The notes beneath the pieces are model-generated. The model saw nothing but the letters and a program-made list of their open reading frames with translations, searched no databases and was not told the DNA's origin. The translations under genes and the position numbers were made by a program. DNA of 63,891 nt, the filler included, from the NCBI GenBank assembly GCA_964501035.1. It is 3 parts of 3 records of this genome, joined end to end, with 100 filler letters (N's around TTAATTAATTAA, not from the genome) between each part and the next. Parts side by side here need not be neighbours in the genome. Positions count along the whole stretch, not along the records: positions 1 to 31,086 come from CAZCRK010000015.1; positions 31,187 to 60,084 come from CAZCRK010000016.1; 1 more part is not named here. One strand, written 5' to 3'. Shown here in pieces: positions 29,948-38,202 of the stretch. How positions within the stretch are numbered: the stretch's first letter is position 1; the number at the start of each line of letters is the position of its first letter.

Positions 29948-30673
29948 TTATCCAGATGTTGTTATCCAGCCCCACAAATCTTCTAAAGTAATTTCCTCGT
30001 TTATATTAGGATCAGTTGTGGTACTATCCCTCATTAAAGTAACTATCATATCATGAGAAATTGGATTTATTAAATGATCTATATTTACCACCATCCATCT
30101 TCCACCATGTCTTTTTAGTTGAATTTTGTTGTCTTTTGATGAATGAACCGTGTCTAATATGTATATAAGTTCTCCCGGTCTTAAAGTAAAATCGCCATGT
30201 ATCATCATTGTCGCAGATTGTGAATTTAAAAGTGCTAATTGTGCTTCCCTCCACAATGGTTGTTTTGGTGAAGTGTCCCAATAAGTAGAATATGTTCTGT
30301 TATATTTAAGATAATCTTTAAATTTTTCTCCAACACAAGGACAATTACAACTACTCGGATGATCTAATTTATTCCATAAACAACCAAGCCATTCTTCTCC
30401 TAATTGTTCTTTTATGAGATCACATTCTTTAATGGAATTTTCTACTTCTTTGATTTCTTCGTCAGTGGGTTCAAAAGAATCTGGTTTTAATTCTTGACAG
30501 GGACAATTACATAAAGGATCACTTTCTTCACAATCAGAATTATCAACAGGGCCATTAGGATTTGCACAAGGATAACCATCATCAACCACTCCTCGGAAAC
30601 CATGAGTTATTTGTCTATTCCAGCCTTGATTAGCAAATGTTGTAAGTTTTGATAACAGTTCTTTTTTTTTCAT
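29948..30673 (-). CDS. Protein with Cys-rich N-half and a baseplate-hub (gp27/gpD-like) C-terminal segment
   Basis: IHGDFTLRPGELI...GRWMVVNIDHLI...LMRDS resembles the hub C-terminus; two CNCPC motifs. Confidence 0.55.
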   Translation of the reverse strand: MKKKELLSKLTTFANQGWNRQITHGFRGVVDDGYPCANPNGPVDNSDCEESDPLCNCPCQELKPDSFEPTDEEIKEVENSIKECDLIKEQLGEEWLGCLWNKLDHPSSCNCPCVGEKFKDYLKYNRTYSTYWDTSPKQPLWREAQLALLNSQSATMMIHGDFTLRPGELIYILDTVHSSKDNKIQLKRHGGRWMVVNIDHLINPISHDMIVTLMRDSTTTDPNINEEITLEDLWGWITTSG

Positions 30674-30700
30674 AAGCAGATTCTCTACTATACTATTTAT

Positions 30701-30708
30701 TATTTATA
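30701..30708 (-). promoter_or_regulatory. T4-type late promoter TATAAATA
   Basis: Exact consensus in the gap 30674-30714. Confidence 0.65.
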
Positions 30709-30714
30709 TTTTCG

Positions 30715-31086
30715 TTAAGTGACACAATCAATTCCCCCTCCACACTCAACAGGACCACAGCAATAACAAACAATCGCTTGTCCTAACCCACCATCAGGAT
30801 CACTAATCCACCCCTCGCACTCCCATTCGCAAGGAGGATCACACCCAAAGCCAGGACAAGGTTGATCTACACAATGAGTATCATCCCCCTGATAATCACC
30901 ACCCAATTCTGCACAATCTTCTTCATTTATAGGAGATACACAATGACCACCATAAATTCCTATACAACACGCACCATATCCCGGTATGGGACTTGGTGAA
31001 GGACTTGGTGAAGGACTTGGACTGGGAGTGGGAGTGGGACTGGGAGTGGGACTGGGAGTGGGACTGGGAGTGGGACTGGGAGTGGG
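30715..31086 (-). CDS. 3' end of a Cys-repeat protein (5' truncated by contig end)
   Basis: Frame is open to the contig edge: PTPSPTPS...PSPIPGYGACCIGIYGGHC...GGDYQGDDTHC...DCVT*. Confidence 0.8.
   Translation of the reverse strand, partial: PTPSPTPSPTPSPTPSPTPTPSPSPSPSPSPSPIPGYGACCIGIYGGHCVSPINEEDCAELGGDYQGDDTHCVDQPCPGFGCDPPCEWECEGWISDPDGGLGQAIVCYCCGPVECGGGIDCVT
30988..31086. repeat. PTPS/PSPS-encoding tandem repeat at the contig end
   Basis: (GGACTTGGTGAA)2 followed by (GGGACT/GGGAGT)n; the assembly breaks inside it. Confidence 0.95.
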
Positions 31087-31186
31087 NNNNNNNNNNNNNN
31101 NNNNNNNNNNNNNNNNNNNNNNNNNNNNNNTTAATTAATTAANNNNNNNNNNNNNNNNNNNNNNNNNNNNNNNNNNNNNNNNNNNN
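31087..31186. other. Artificial contig linker (N run with TTAATTAATTAA all-frame stops)
   Basis: 100-nt N/linker/N pattern, identical to 60085-60184. Confidence 0.98.
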
Positions 31187-31187
31187 T

Positions 31188-31412
31188 GAAGAATTCTATA
31201 ATGATATTGAAAAAAAACTTAATGGTTCAGAAATAATAATCAAAAATATTGTACACAACCAATATCACGAAAAATATTACTTTGAGCAAAACGATGAATT
31301 TGCAATTTTTCTTTTTTATTATGATGGGAAAAATAGGTTTAAAAAAGTCGTACCCGAAGAATCAACGAGCAACTCACTTAATTTGATAAACAAAATTAAA
31401 AATCTCTTATGA
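31188..31412 (+). CDS. 3' fragment of a gene translationally coupled to the TPR gene
   Basis: Open frame EEFYNDIEKKL...HNQYHEKYYF...FYYDGKNRF...KNLL*; TGA overlaps the next ATG (ATGA). Confidence 0.7.
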   Translation, partial: EEFYNDIEKKLNGSEIIIKNIVHNQYHEKYYFEQNDEFAIFLFYYDGKNRFKKVVPEESTSNSLNLINKIKNLL

Positions 31413-32701
31413 GTAATATTAAAGAAAAAAGGGATAAAGCATCTTCACTTCGGAAACAAAATAATTTTCATGATGCCCTCCCTTTATTTGAATCTCTTTG
31501 GAATGATACAAAGGACAAATGGGATGGATGGAATCTTGCGTTTTGTTACAATAAATGTTCAAACTATGATGATGCATTAGCGGTTGCAAAAGAAGTATAT
31601 GAAATTGATAATGAATTTGACTATATAAAAGGCCAGTATGCATGGTCAGCATATATGATAAAAATTAAAGATTTTGACATTAATGATAATTATGAAACAC
31701 TGAAATCTTATGGGAATGGTATTTTAAAATTAACGGACACAAAACATGAAGATGTATTTCGTCAACTTACTGTTTTAAAATTAATGGACTTTTGTGAGAA
31801 AAAAGGAATGTGGGAAGCAGTAGTATCATGGTCTAATAAAATTAATCCGAATGTCTTGAATGCAAAACCATTTCAAATGAATAAAAATGGAAAAAATATT
31901 ACAATCCCATCAAACCGTGAGAAGTATTTCTTAAAAACTACAAAAGCACATGAAAAATTAGAGAATTGGGATAAATGTCTTGAATTGTCATGTTCTGCAT
32001 TGACCCATTTCCCTGATGAAATTTGGTTCAAAAGACGAAAGGCTATTTCTGAAGGACATTTAGGTGATATTGAAAAAGCAATTGAAGATTTGATTTACAT
32101 CTCTTTGGTCAAAACCGACTGGTTTATTTATAGGGACATTGCTGTTCTTTATGCAAAAAATGAGAATTTTGATAAAGCATCAGATTTTATCATTGATGGC
32201 TGTATTGCATCTGTAAATCAACCTGATCCTGGCTATAGATGGGAATTGTATTATGATACTGCATTATTCCTGTTTAAAAAAGGCGATATAAAAATGGCTG
32301 AAAAACATTTATTATTATCTTTCTCATTACGTAATAACGAAGGTTGGAAAACACCAGAAGTGATTTCAAAATTAGCAAGTGAGATGAATATTTCACTTGA
32401 AAGTGTTAAAGATACAAAAGGATTATTTAGAGAATTAAATCCATTTTGGGATAAACATAAATTTTCAAAACTACCTAAACATAACGGTAATATAAAAACA
32501 ATATTGCCGAATGGAAAAGCTGGCTTTATTACTTCTGAAAATGGTGACGATTTCTATTTTAAAATCTTTTCCTTCAATGGTAATAGAAAACGAATAACAC
32601 CTGGTTTAAAAGTTCAGTTTTATGTGCAAGAATCTTTCGATAGATCAAAAAATGAGAATTCATATAAGGCTGTTAACATATCAATGGTTGTAAATGAATA
32701 A
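31409..32701 (+). CDS. TPR-repeat protein with C-terminal cold-shock/OB-fold domain
   Basis: Helical TPR-like segments; G.IK....GKAGFI...G.DFYF...G.KVQF...AVNI C-terminus. Confidence 0.75.
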   Translation: MSNIKEKRDKASSLRKQNNFHDALPLFESLWNDTKDKWDGWNLAFCYNKCSNYDDALAVAKEVYEIDNEFDYIKGQYAWSAYMIKIKDFDINDNYETLKSYGNGILKLTDTKHEDVFRQLTVLKLMDFCEKKGMWEAVVSWSNKINPNVLNAKPFQMNKNGKNITIPSNREKYFLKTTKAHEKLENWDKCLELSCSALTHFPDEIWFKRRKAISEGHLGDIEKAIEDLIYISLVKTDWFIYRDIAVLYAKNENFDKASDFIIDGCIASVNQPDPGYRWELYYDTALFLFKKGDIKMAEKHLLLSFSLRNNEGWKTPEVISKLASEMNISLESVKDTKGLFRELNPFWDKHKFSKLPKHNGNIKTILPNGKAGFITSENGDDFYFKIFSFNGNRKRITPGLKVQFYVQESFDRSKNENSYKAVNISMVVNE

Positions 32702-32713
32702 AATGAAATTACT

Positions 32714-32770
32714 ATCTAACCTCCACTCCACACGGACAGCTAACGCTGCCCGTGAGTTTATTCGTTATAA
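32714..32770 (+). mobile_element. Integron attC site
   Basis: R'' ATCTAAC 12 nt after a stop; ACTC(C)AC pairs with GTGAGT leaving an extrahelical base; CAGC-TAAC-GCTG stem-loop; R' GTTATAA; 57 bp. Confidence 0.85.
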
Positions 32771-32807
32771 AGCAAAATTGAAACTAATGAAAAGGGGACA
32801 AAAAAAA

Positions 32808-34268
32808 ATGAAAAAAACAACTATACTATTCTTATTATTGGTTTTTAGCACTGTTTTTGCGCAAAGACGAGTTAGTGAAGAAGCAAAAATGTTCAACCAA
32901 ACAAAGGACAAGGTGTTTACAGTATTTGGAAACGGACACGGTTCTGGATTTTTATTTGACAAAATCAATGGTTTGATTCTTACAAATGAACACGTGATAT
33001 CAAACTCTCAAAACATCAGTGTTCAAATTGATGACAACCAACGAATCAACGCAAAATTAATAGAAAAAGATAAAAGGAAAGACTTGGCTGTATTGGCAAT
33101 TCACCCTGACTTTGTAAAGGATTTGGAAGGTTTGTTAATTGCCGTAGCCAGTGATACGATGATTTATGTTGGTGAAAGAGTAATCGCAATTGGAAGTCCG
33201 TTAAATCAAACCAGAACTTTAACATCTGGAATTGTCAGTAATATCGAAAGAGAAACAATTATTTCTGATGTAAATATTAACCCCGGAAATTCTGGCGGTC
33301 CTTTAATTAATATGATTGGACAGGTGGTGGGAATTAATACCTTTGGTGACTTTTCGTCTGTTGGCCCTGGTTTGTCAGGTAGTGTGATAATTACTGAAGC
33401 AAATGAAATTATTAGTAATGCAGTTGCAACTGTAAGTCAGGGAAGCCTTACATTATCTAAAAAACTTTTACCAATTATGCCAAAAGATAGATTTCCTCTT
33501 GACGCATTAGAAACTGCTGCTTTGAATGAATTTCACGATAAGGATTATCAGTTAAAAGCCGGGAAGTTCAAAATTACTTTTATTACCCCACCTTATCAAT
33601 ATAATGCTCAAAAAGCAAAATCTTTGCGAATGGCTTCAAAAAGAGAAGGTGCAAGTAGTGGTTCCGATGAATCAGAAGAAGTGTTCTCTGATTTAAAAAA
33701 CTGGACTTCAAGCGTTGGTCAGTTTAAACCTGTCGTATCAATATTAATTGAACCAACAACTGGTGAAACATCAGCAAGTGCAACAGCAAATGCTTGTGGT
33801 GCAGCAGCAGCAGGATATGCTGGAACTTCATATTACGCTAACCGTGATTATGAATTTAAATCTGATGTTGAAAACTTTATATTAAAAAGGGACGGTAAAG
33901 TTATTGAGCCAATAATAAATAGTTTTCAATACATCACTTTAGATTTTAAAACCGCTGGTTATTATGGTTCATATTCCGGTGAAGATTTAGCCCAAGCAGG
34001 TTATTTTGTTTACCCTATTGATGCATTTTTACCAACTGGTGGTTCATTTCCAGAATTTTCTTTTGATGTTATCAACCATATGGATAATCAAACTATTACA
34101 CATTTAATACCTGAAAATTCAATATATAAAATAAATGCAGATTTTGAACCATACACTAATGACAAAACTGGTTCGCTTGCTTATAAAAAACCAAGTGGCG
34201 GCGATGGTGGAGTTGTCTGTGTTTTATTAATGTTGGCTGGACTTGTCTTGATGGCGACTGGTGCATAA
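32808..34268 (+). CDS. Secreted trypsin-like (S1/HtrA-type, no PDZ) serine protease
   Basis: GSGF, LTNEHV, DLAVL, NPGNSGGPL catalytic motifs; signal peptide from ATG 32808 with AGGGG RBS; C-terminal hydrophobic tail. Confidence 0.85.
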   Translation: MKKTTILFLLLVFSTVFAQRRVSEEAKMFNQTKDKVFTVFGNGHGSGFLFDKINGLILTNEHVISNSQNISVQIDDNQRINAKLIEKDKRKDLAVLAIHPDFVKDLEGLLIAVASDTMIYVGERVIAIGSPLNQTRTLTSGIVSNIERETIISDVNINPGNSGGPLINMIGQVVGINTFGDFSSVGPGLSGSVIITEANEIISNAVATVSQGSLTLSKKLLPIMPKDRFPLDALETAALNEFHDKDYQLKAGKFKITFITPPYQYNAQKAKSLRMASKREGASSGSDESEEVFSDLKNWTSSVGQFKPVVSILIEPTTGETSASATANACGAAAAGYAGTSYYANRDYEFKSDVENFILKRDGKVIEPIINSFQYITLDFKTAGYYGSYSGEDLAQAGYFVYPIDAFLPTGGSFPEFSFDVINHMDNQTITHLIPENSIYKINADFEPYTNDKTGSLAYKKPSGGDGGVVCVLLMLAGLVLMATGA

Positions 34269-34916
34269 TTGAAAATCGCTTTTTTTGTCGTTTTGATAAT
34301 GAGTCAGTATCATCTATTTGCACAGGAAAAACAAATACCATATGCAAAATATTATGATGTTCCTGTTGATTCATTAATTTTTTATGAATCATTATCGTTT
34401 GATAAAAGCATTTTCATCAAAGCAATTAGAAAATGGCAAATTCATTCTTATTCTAATGAAAACCTCAATTGTCAATTTTATCCATCGTGTTCTAATTTTT
34501 TTGCCTTGTCAGTTTTTAATAATAATACTTATTGGGGCGTTGTAAAAGGAATTGATAGAATTGTTCGTTGTAATAATTCGGCAAAAAAATATTTTGATAG
34601 TAATACTTATAGCGCCAATTATTGGGATGATGATAGGATGGTTGACAAACTATCCCCAGCAAGAAATCCAATGCCTACAAAAAAAGCGTTATTGGCAACG
34701 AGTTTATCCATTATACCAGGTCTTGGAAGATTTTATTGTGGCAGACATAAAGACGGTGTAATTAGTTTTTTTTCATTTGGTTTACTTTCTTACATAACCT
34801 ACAAACAATATGAAAAAGAAAATAATTTCCTCCTTTATTTATCTGGTTCTTTTACGTTCACATTTTGGCTAAGTGATTTTTATGGTGCATATAGAACAGC
34901 AAAAACAACAAAATAG
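34269..34916 (+). CDS. YidD/DUF37-like domain fused to a membrane domain
   Basis: CQFYPSCS...DRIVRCN motif; LSIIPGLGRFY membrane segment. Confidence 0.7.
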   Translation: MKIAFFVVLIMSQYHLFAQEKQIPYAKYYDVPVDSLIFYESLSFDKSIFIKAIRKWQIHSYSNENLNCQFYPSCSNFFALSVFNNNTYWGVVKGIDRIVRCNNSAKKYFDSNTYSANYWDDDRMVDKLSPARNPMPTKKALLATSLSIIPGLGRFYCGRHKDGVISFFSFGLLSYITYKQYEKENNFLLYLSGSFTFTFWLSDFYGAYRTAKTTK

Positions 34917-34925
34917 GAGCTAACA

Positions 34926-35468
34926 ATGAAAAACCTTTTGATATTAATTTTAATCTTTTCATACTCATTTGGTAATAATTTTTCGTTTGTTGGAGGTGGC
35001 ATTAGTTCAATTGGTCAATTTTCTCTTTTTGGTGGTTTAGTTCAAAAAAATAATATGTCTTTTTATGGGCATATTGCATCTCAATTAAAATATTCATCTT
35101 ATATTGAAGATGATTATTATTCAAATATTTCGTATTGGGATTCAATTGATTGGGGTGATGATTATTATGGTGAAGAATCAGATTATTATTCCTTAATTGG
35201 TGGAATTACATATGGGTTAGAAAACAATATGTTTCTTTTTGGCGGAGTTGGTTACTCGAATAAACGAACCTTTTGGGAATTTCACGATGATACTTATATT
35301 TTAGGATCATTAGGTTTTTATTATGTAGATGCGCCTTCAGATTCTCAAGAAACTGGCGTTACATTTGAAGGTGGTCTTGGTTCAACATTTAAAAAGTTTA
35401 ATTTTTCTATATCCTATCAAACATTTCCTTCATCAATAAATTTCAAATTTGGTGTTAACTATTTTTAA
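34926..35468 (+). CDS. Putative outer-membrane beta-barrel protein
   Basis: Signal peptide, amphipathic strands, C-terminal FGVNYF. Confidence 0.6.
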   Translation: MKNLLILILIFSYSFGNNFSFVGGGISSIGQFSLFGGLVQKNNMSFYGHIASQLKYSSYIEDDYYSNISYWDSIDWGDDYYGEESDYYSLIGGITYGLENNMFLFGGVGYSNKRTFWEFHDDTYILGSLGFYYVDAPSDSQETGVTFEGGLGSTFKKFNFSISYQTFPSSINFKFGVNYF

Positions 35469-35483
35469 TCAAAGTGATTTGCT

Positions 35484-35597
35484 TTATAACCCCCACTCCA
35501 CCGAACCCTAAAATGGTTAATGGTTAATTATTAATGATGAACGATTTAACAATTTTCAATTTATCGTTTATAATTAAAAGAGTCAGTGAGTTTTTTT
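35484..35597 (+). mobile_element. Long attC site with degenerate R' box (array end)
   Basis: TTATAAC-CCCC-ACTCCAC 15 nt after a stop; matching GTCAGTGAGT at 35582-35591; internal hairpin; no GTT at the expected position. Confidence 0.65.
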
Positions 35598-35870
35598 AAA
35601 GGCAACCCTACCTATTTAGTTCTGTTATCCTTAGTAATATTTCTACTTATCCCACTTATTGCAATGCAATATACGACGCATATTAATTGGGATGTCGTTG
35701 ATTTTTGTATCATGGCAATTCTTCTTATTAGCATGGGTAGTTTGCTTGTATTGGTGATTAAAATAATCCCATTAAAATACAGAAAATTTGTTGTGTCAGT
35801 TATTGTATTGGGGTTTTTAACTATTTGGGTAGAACTTGCTGTAGGTGTATTACCAGTTTGGGGAGATTAG
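35586..35870 (+). CDS. Small membrane protein
   Basis: Three hydrophobic segments, LIPLIAMQ...W...DF and IWVELAVG motifs; start codon uncertain. Confidence 0.65.
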   Translation: MSFFKGNPTYLVLLSLVIFLLIPLIAMQYTTHINWDVVDFCIMAILLISMGSLLVLVIKIIPLKYRKFVVSVIVLGFLTIWVELAVGVLPVWGD

Positions 35871-35883
35871 GTGTTTACCAGTT

Positions 35884-36945
35884 TTAGGCTTCTTCCAAGC
35901 GAACTTTTTGTTCTTCTAGCTGAAGAGCTTCAATCACTTCGTTTAAATCACCATCGGTAATTTCATTCAGTTTATACAAAGTTAGATTAATGCGGTGGTC
36001 TGTTACCCTGCCTTGGGGGTAATTATAGGTGCGAATTTTGGCAGATCGGTCACCAGTGGATACCATCGATTTTCGAGCAGTTGCACGCTCACTTTGTTGC
36101 CGTTCAATTTCCTGTTCCAATAAACGAGAGCGTAAGACCTTCATGGCTTTATCACGATTTTTATGCTGAGAGGATTCATCTTGGCAAGTGACGACTAACC
36201 CAGATGGGTTATGCGTAATTCGAATCGCTGATTCGGTTTTATTCACATGTTGTCCACCAGCACCCGATGCTCGATAGGTATCAATTTTTAAATCACCTTC
36301 ATTGATGTCAACATCCACATCTTCTGCTTCGGGTAGCACGGCAACCGTTGCAGCGCTAGTATGCACACGACCACTCGATTCGGTTTCCGGAACTCGCTGT
36401 ACTCGATGCACACCCGATTCAAATTTAAGGGTACCATACGCAGATTCACCAACAATAGAGAGCACAGCTTCCTTAATGCCTCCCCCCTCGTTTTCGTTTA
36501 AACTGAGTAGTTCTGATTTCCACGTTCTTCGCTCAGCAAAACGGGTGTACATACGCAATAAATTTCCTGCAAAGAGAGCAGCTTCGTCTCCACCTGTGCC
36601 TGACCTTATTTCTAAAATTGTATTTTTATCATCGTTTGGATCTTTTGGAATGAGCATAATTTTTAATGTTTCTTCCATTGCAGCTAATTCTTCTTTGAGC
36701 TCGCCAATTTCGTCTTTTACTAATTCTTTGAGTTCATCATCATTGCCTTGTAAAATTTCCAAATCTTCTTGAAGTTGTTCGTGCTTGGCAATATATATTT
36801 TCGCCTGCTCAACTACATCATTTAAACTATTATGCTCACGTGCCATTGCAGTAAAGGCTTTCATGTCGGACATTGCATCGGGTTGACTCATTTGTTCTGC
36901 AATTTCAATATGATGCTGAATTACTTGTTGGAGTTTATCTATCAT
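35884..36945 (-). CDS. prfA: Peptide chain release factor 1
   Basis: GGQ motif, PET anticodon mimic, [14 protein letters not shown]. Confidence 0.97.
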   Translation of the reverse strand: MIDKLQQVIQHHIEIAEQMSQPDAMSDMKAFTAMAREHNSLNDVVEQAKIYIAKHEQLQEDLEILQGNDDELKELVKDEIGELKEELAAMEETLKIMLIPKDPNDDKNTILEIRSGTGGDEAALFAGNLLRMYTRFAERRTWKSELLSLNENEGGGIKEAVLSIVGESAYGTLKFESGVHRVQRVPETESSGRVHTSAATVAVLPEAEDVDVDINEGDLKIDTYRASGAGGQHVNKTESAIRITHNPSGLVVTCQDESSQHKNRDKAMKVLRSRLLEQEIERQQSERATARKSMVSTGDRSAKIRTYNYPQGRVTDHRINLTLYKLNEITDGDLNEVIEALQLEEQKVRLEEA

Positions 36946-37913
36946 CCTATTGCCTCTGCCACATGTTTTTTGCCTTCATAATCTTGGAGTTTATCACCAA
37001 AAGCAGATTTAAGGGCAGTAATTGCTACTTCTAATTGTTCATCGTCTGGCTCTTTTGTAGTAATGCGTTGAAGCCATAATCCGGGTTGGGATAATCCACG
37101 AAATATAACATTATCTCGATGTTTTGCAGTGAGCTTGAGAACCTCATATCCCAAGCCCGCAACAAGTGGAATAAAAGGAATGTGTAAAACAAGTCGCATC
37201 CACACGGTAATTTCACCGATAAAATAAATAATTATAGAATCTAACACAGCAAACGTAAGAATAGCCACTATCATGATAATAAATAGAAAGCTGGTTCCAC
37301 ACCGTGGGTGAAATGTTGTAAAATCCCGGGTGCTATCTGGATTTAATGTTCGGCCTGCCTCGAATGCAAAAATGGTTTTATGTTCTGCTCCGTGGTATTG
37401 AAATAATCGACGAACATCTTTCATAAGTGAGATTAGTAGTAAGTAAACTAGAAAAAATGTTATGCGAACTGCACCCGAAATAATATTAAAGAAAAATGGC
37501 TCTTGATCTTTTTCAAACAGCCATGTTGCTAAACCAATAGGGGCAATAAAAAATAAACCAATAGCAAACCCAACTGAAACAAATGTCAACAGACCATCCA
37601 CAAACGAATTTGATTTTTCTTTTTCTTCAGGCATCGCAATATCAGCTGACCATTGCAATGTTGAAAAACCAATTTTCATGGCTTCAAATAAACCTATCAT
37701 CCCACGTAAGACAGGAAGTTTTAAGTATTTCTTCTTTTCGTTTAACGAAACAAAATCATGCTTATCAATTTGAATTTCACCCTTTGGATCACGCACTGCT
37801 GTTGCATATGCACCGGGAACTCGCATCATAACGCCTTCAATCACTGCCTGCCCACCAACAAGAACTGCAGATTTTGATAGTATTAATAATATGTGTCGAA
37901 AAATATATTTCAT
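36942..37913 (-). CDS. DUF1385 family membrane protein
   Basis: [26 protein letters not shown]; conserved rpmE-DUF1385-prfA order; start moved downstream of the hairpin. Confidence 0.9.
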   Translation of the reverse strand: MKYIFRHILLILSKSAVLVGGQAVIEGVMMRVPGAYATAVRDPKGEIQIDKHDFVSLNEKKKYLKLPVLRGMIGLFEAMKIGFSTLQWSADIAMPEEKEKSNSFVDGLLTFVSVGFAIGLFFIAPIGLATWLFEKDQEPFFFNIISGAVRITFFLVYLLLISLMKDVRRLFQYHGAEHKTIFAFEAGRTLNPDSTRDFTTFHPRCGTSFLFIIMIVAILTFAVLDSIIIYFIGEITVWMRLVLHIPFIPLVAGLGYEVLKLTAKHRDNVIFRGLSQPGLWLQRITTKEPDDEQLEVAITALKSAFGDKLQDYEGKKHVAEAIG

Positions 37914-37916
37914 AAC

Positions 37917-37951
37917 AAAAAGCGGATCCAAAGTATTTCTTGGAACCGCTT
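37917..37951 (-). terminator. Rho-independent terminator after rpmE
   Basis: AGCGGTTCCAA...TTGGATCCGCT stem followed by TTTT on the minus strand. Confidence 0.7.
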
Positions 37952-37969
37952 AACGTCTATGTTATTAAT

Positions 37970-38185
37970 CTATTTCTGTTTTTCTTCAGTTAGATTATAT
38001 TTTTGCATATATTTTTCAATACGTCCAGCAGTATCAATCAAGTTTTGTTTTCCAGTGAAATATGGATGACATTCACTGCAAATTTCAACATTGATAGCGT
38101 CAACAGTTGCACGAGTTTCAAATGTGTTTCCACACGCACAATGCACTTTTACTAATTTATATTCTGGATGAATACCTTTTTTCAT
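37970..38185 (-). CDS. rpmE: 50S ribosomal protein L31 (Zn-binding type)
   Basis: [23 protein letters not shown]. Confidence 0.97.
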   Translation of the reverse strand: MKKGIHPEYKLVKVHCACGNTFETRATVDAINVEICSECHPYFTGKQNLIDTAGRIEKYMQKYNLTEEKQK

Positions 38186-38202
38186 TTCCTAACCTCTTCT
38201 TA

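Larger units (their letters stand above)
1..31086 (-). mobile_element. T4-like myophage contig (late structural module: baseplate, fibres, neck, terminase)
   Basis: Gene order gp25-gp6-gp7-(gp8)-VrlC-fibres-gp13-14-15-16-17, all on one strand; T4-type late promoter TATAAATA in intergenic gaps; no host genes on the contig. Confidence 0.95.

Noticed and set aside
2338..30281. Many short plus-strand and alternate-frame ORFs over the phage genes
   Set aside because: They are shadows of long minus-strand genes with biased Cys/Gly codons and have no coherent protein features.
1..31086. Genome-wide stop-codon reassignment in the phage
   Set aside because: Conserved genes are intact under the standard code; TGA ends gp16 and TAG ends the VrlC-like gene at sensible places.
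31087..31186. Prophage junction or att site
   Set aside because: Artificial linker; no physical continuity between contigs.
32694..32807. N-terminal extension of the protease given by the ORF track
   Set aside because: It runs through attC1; the signal peptide and RBS indicate a start at 32808.
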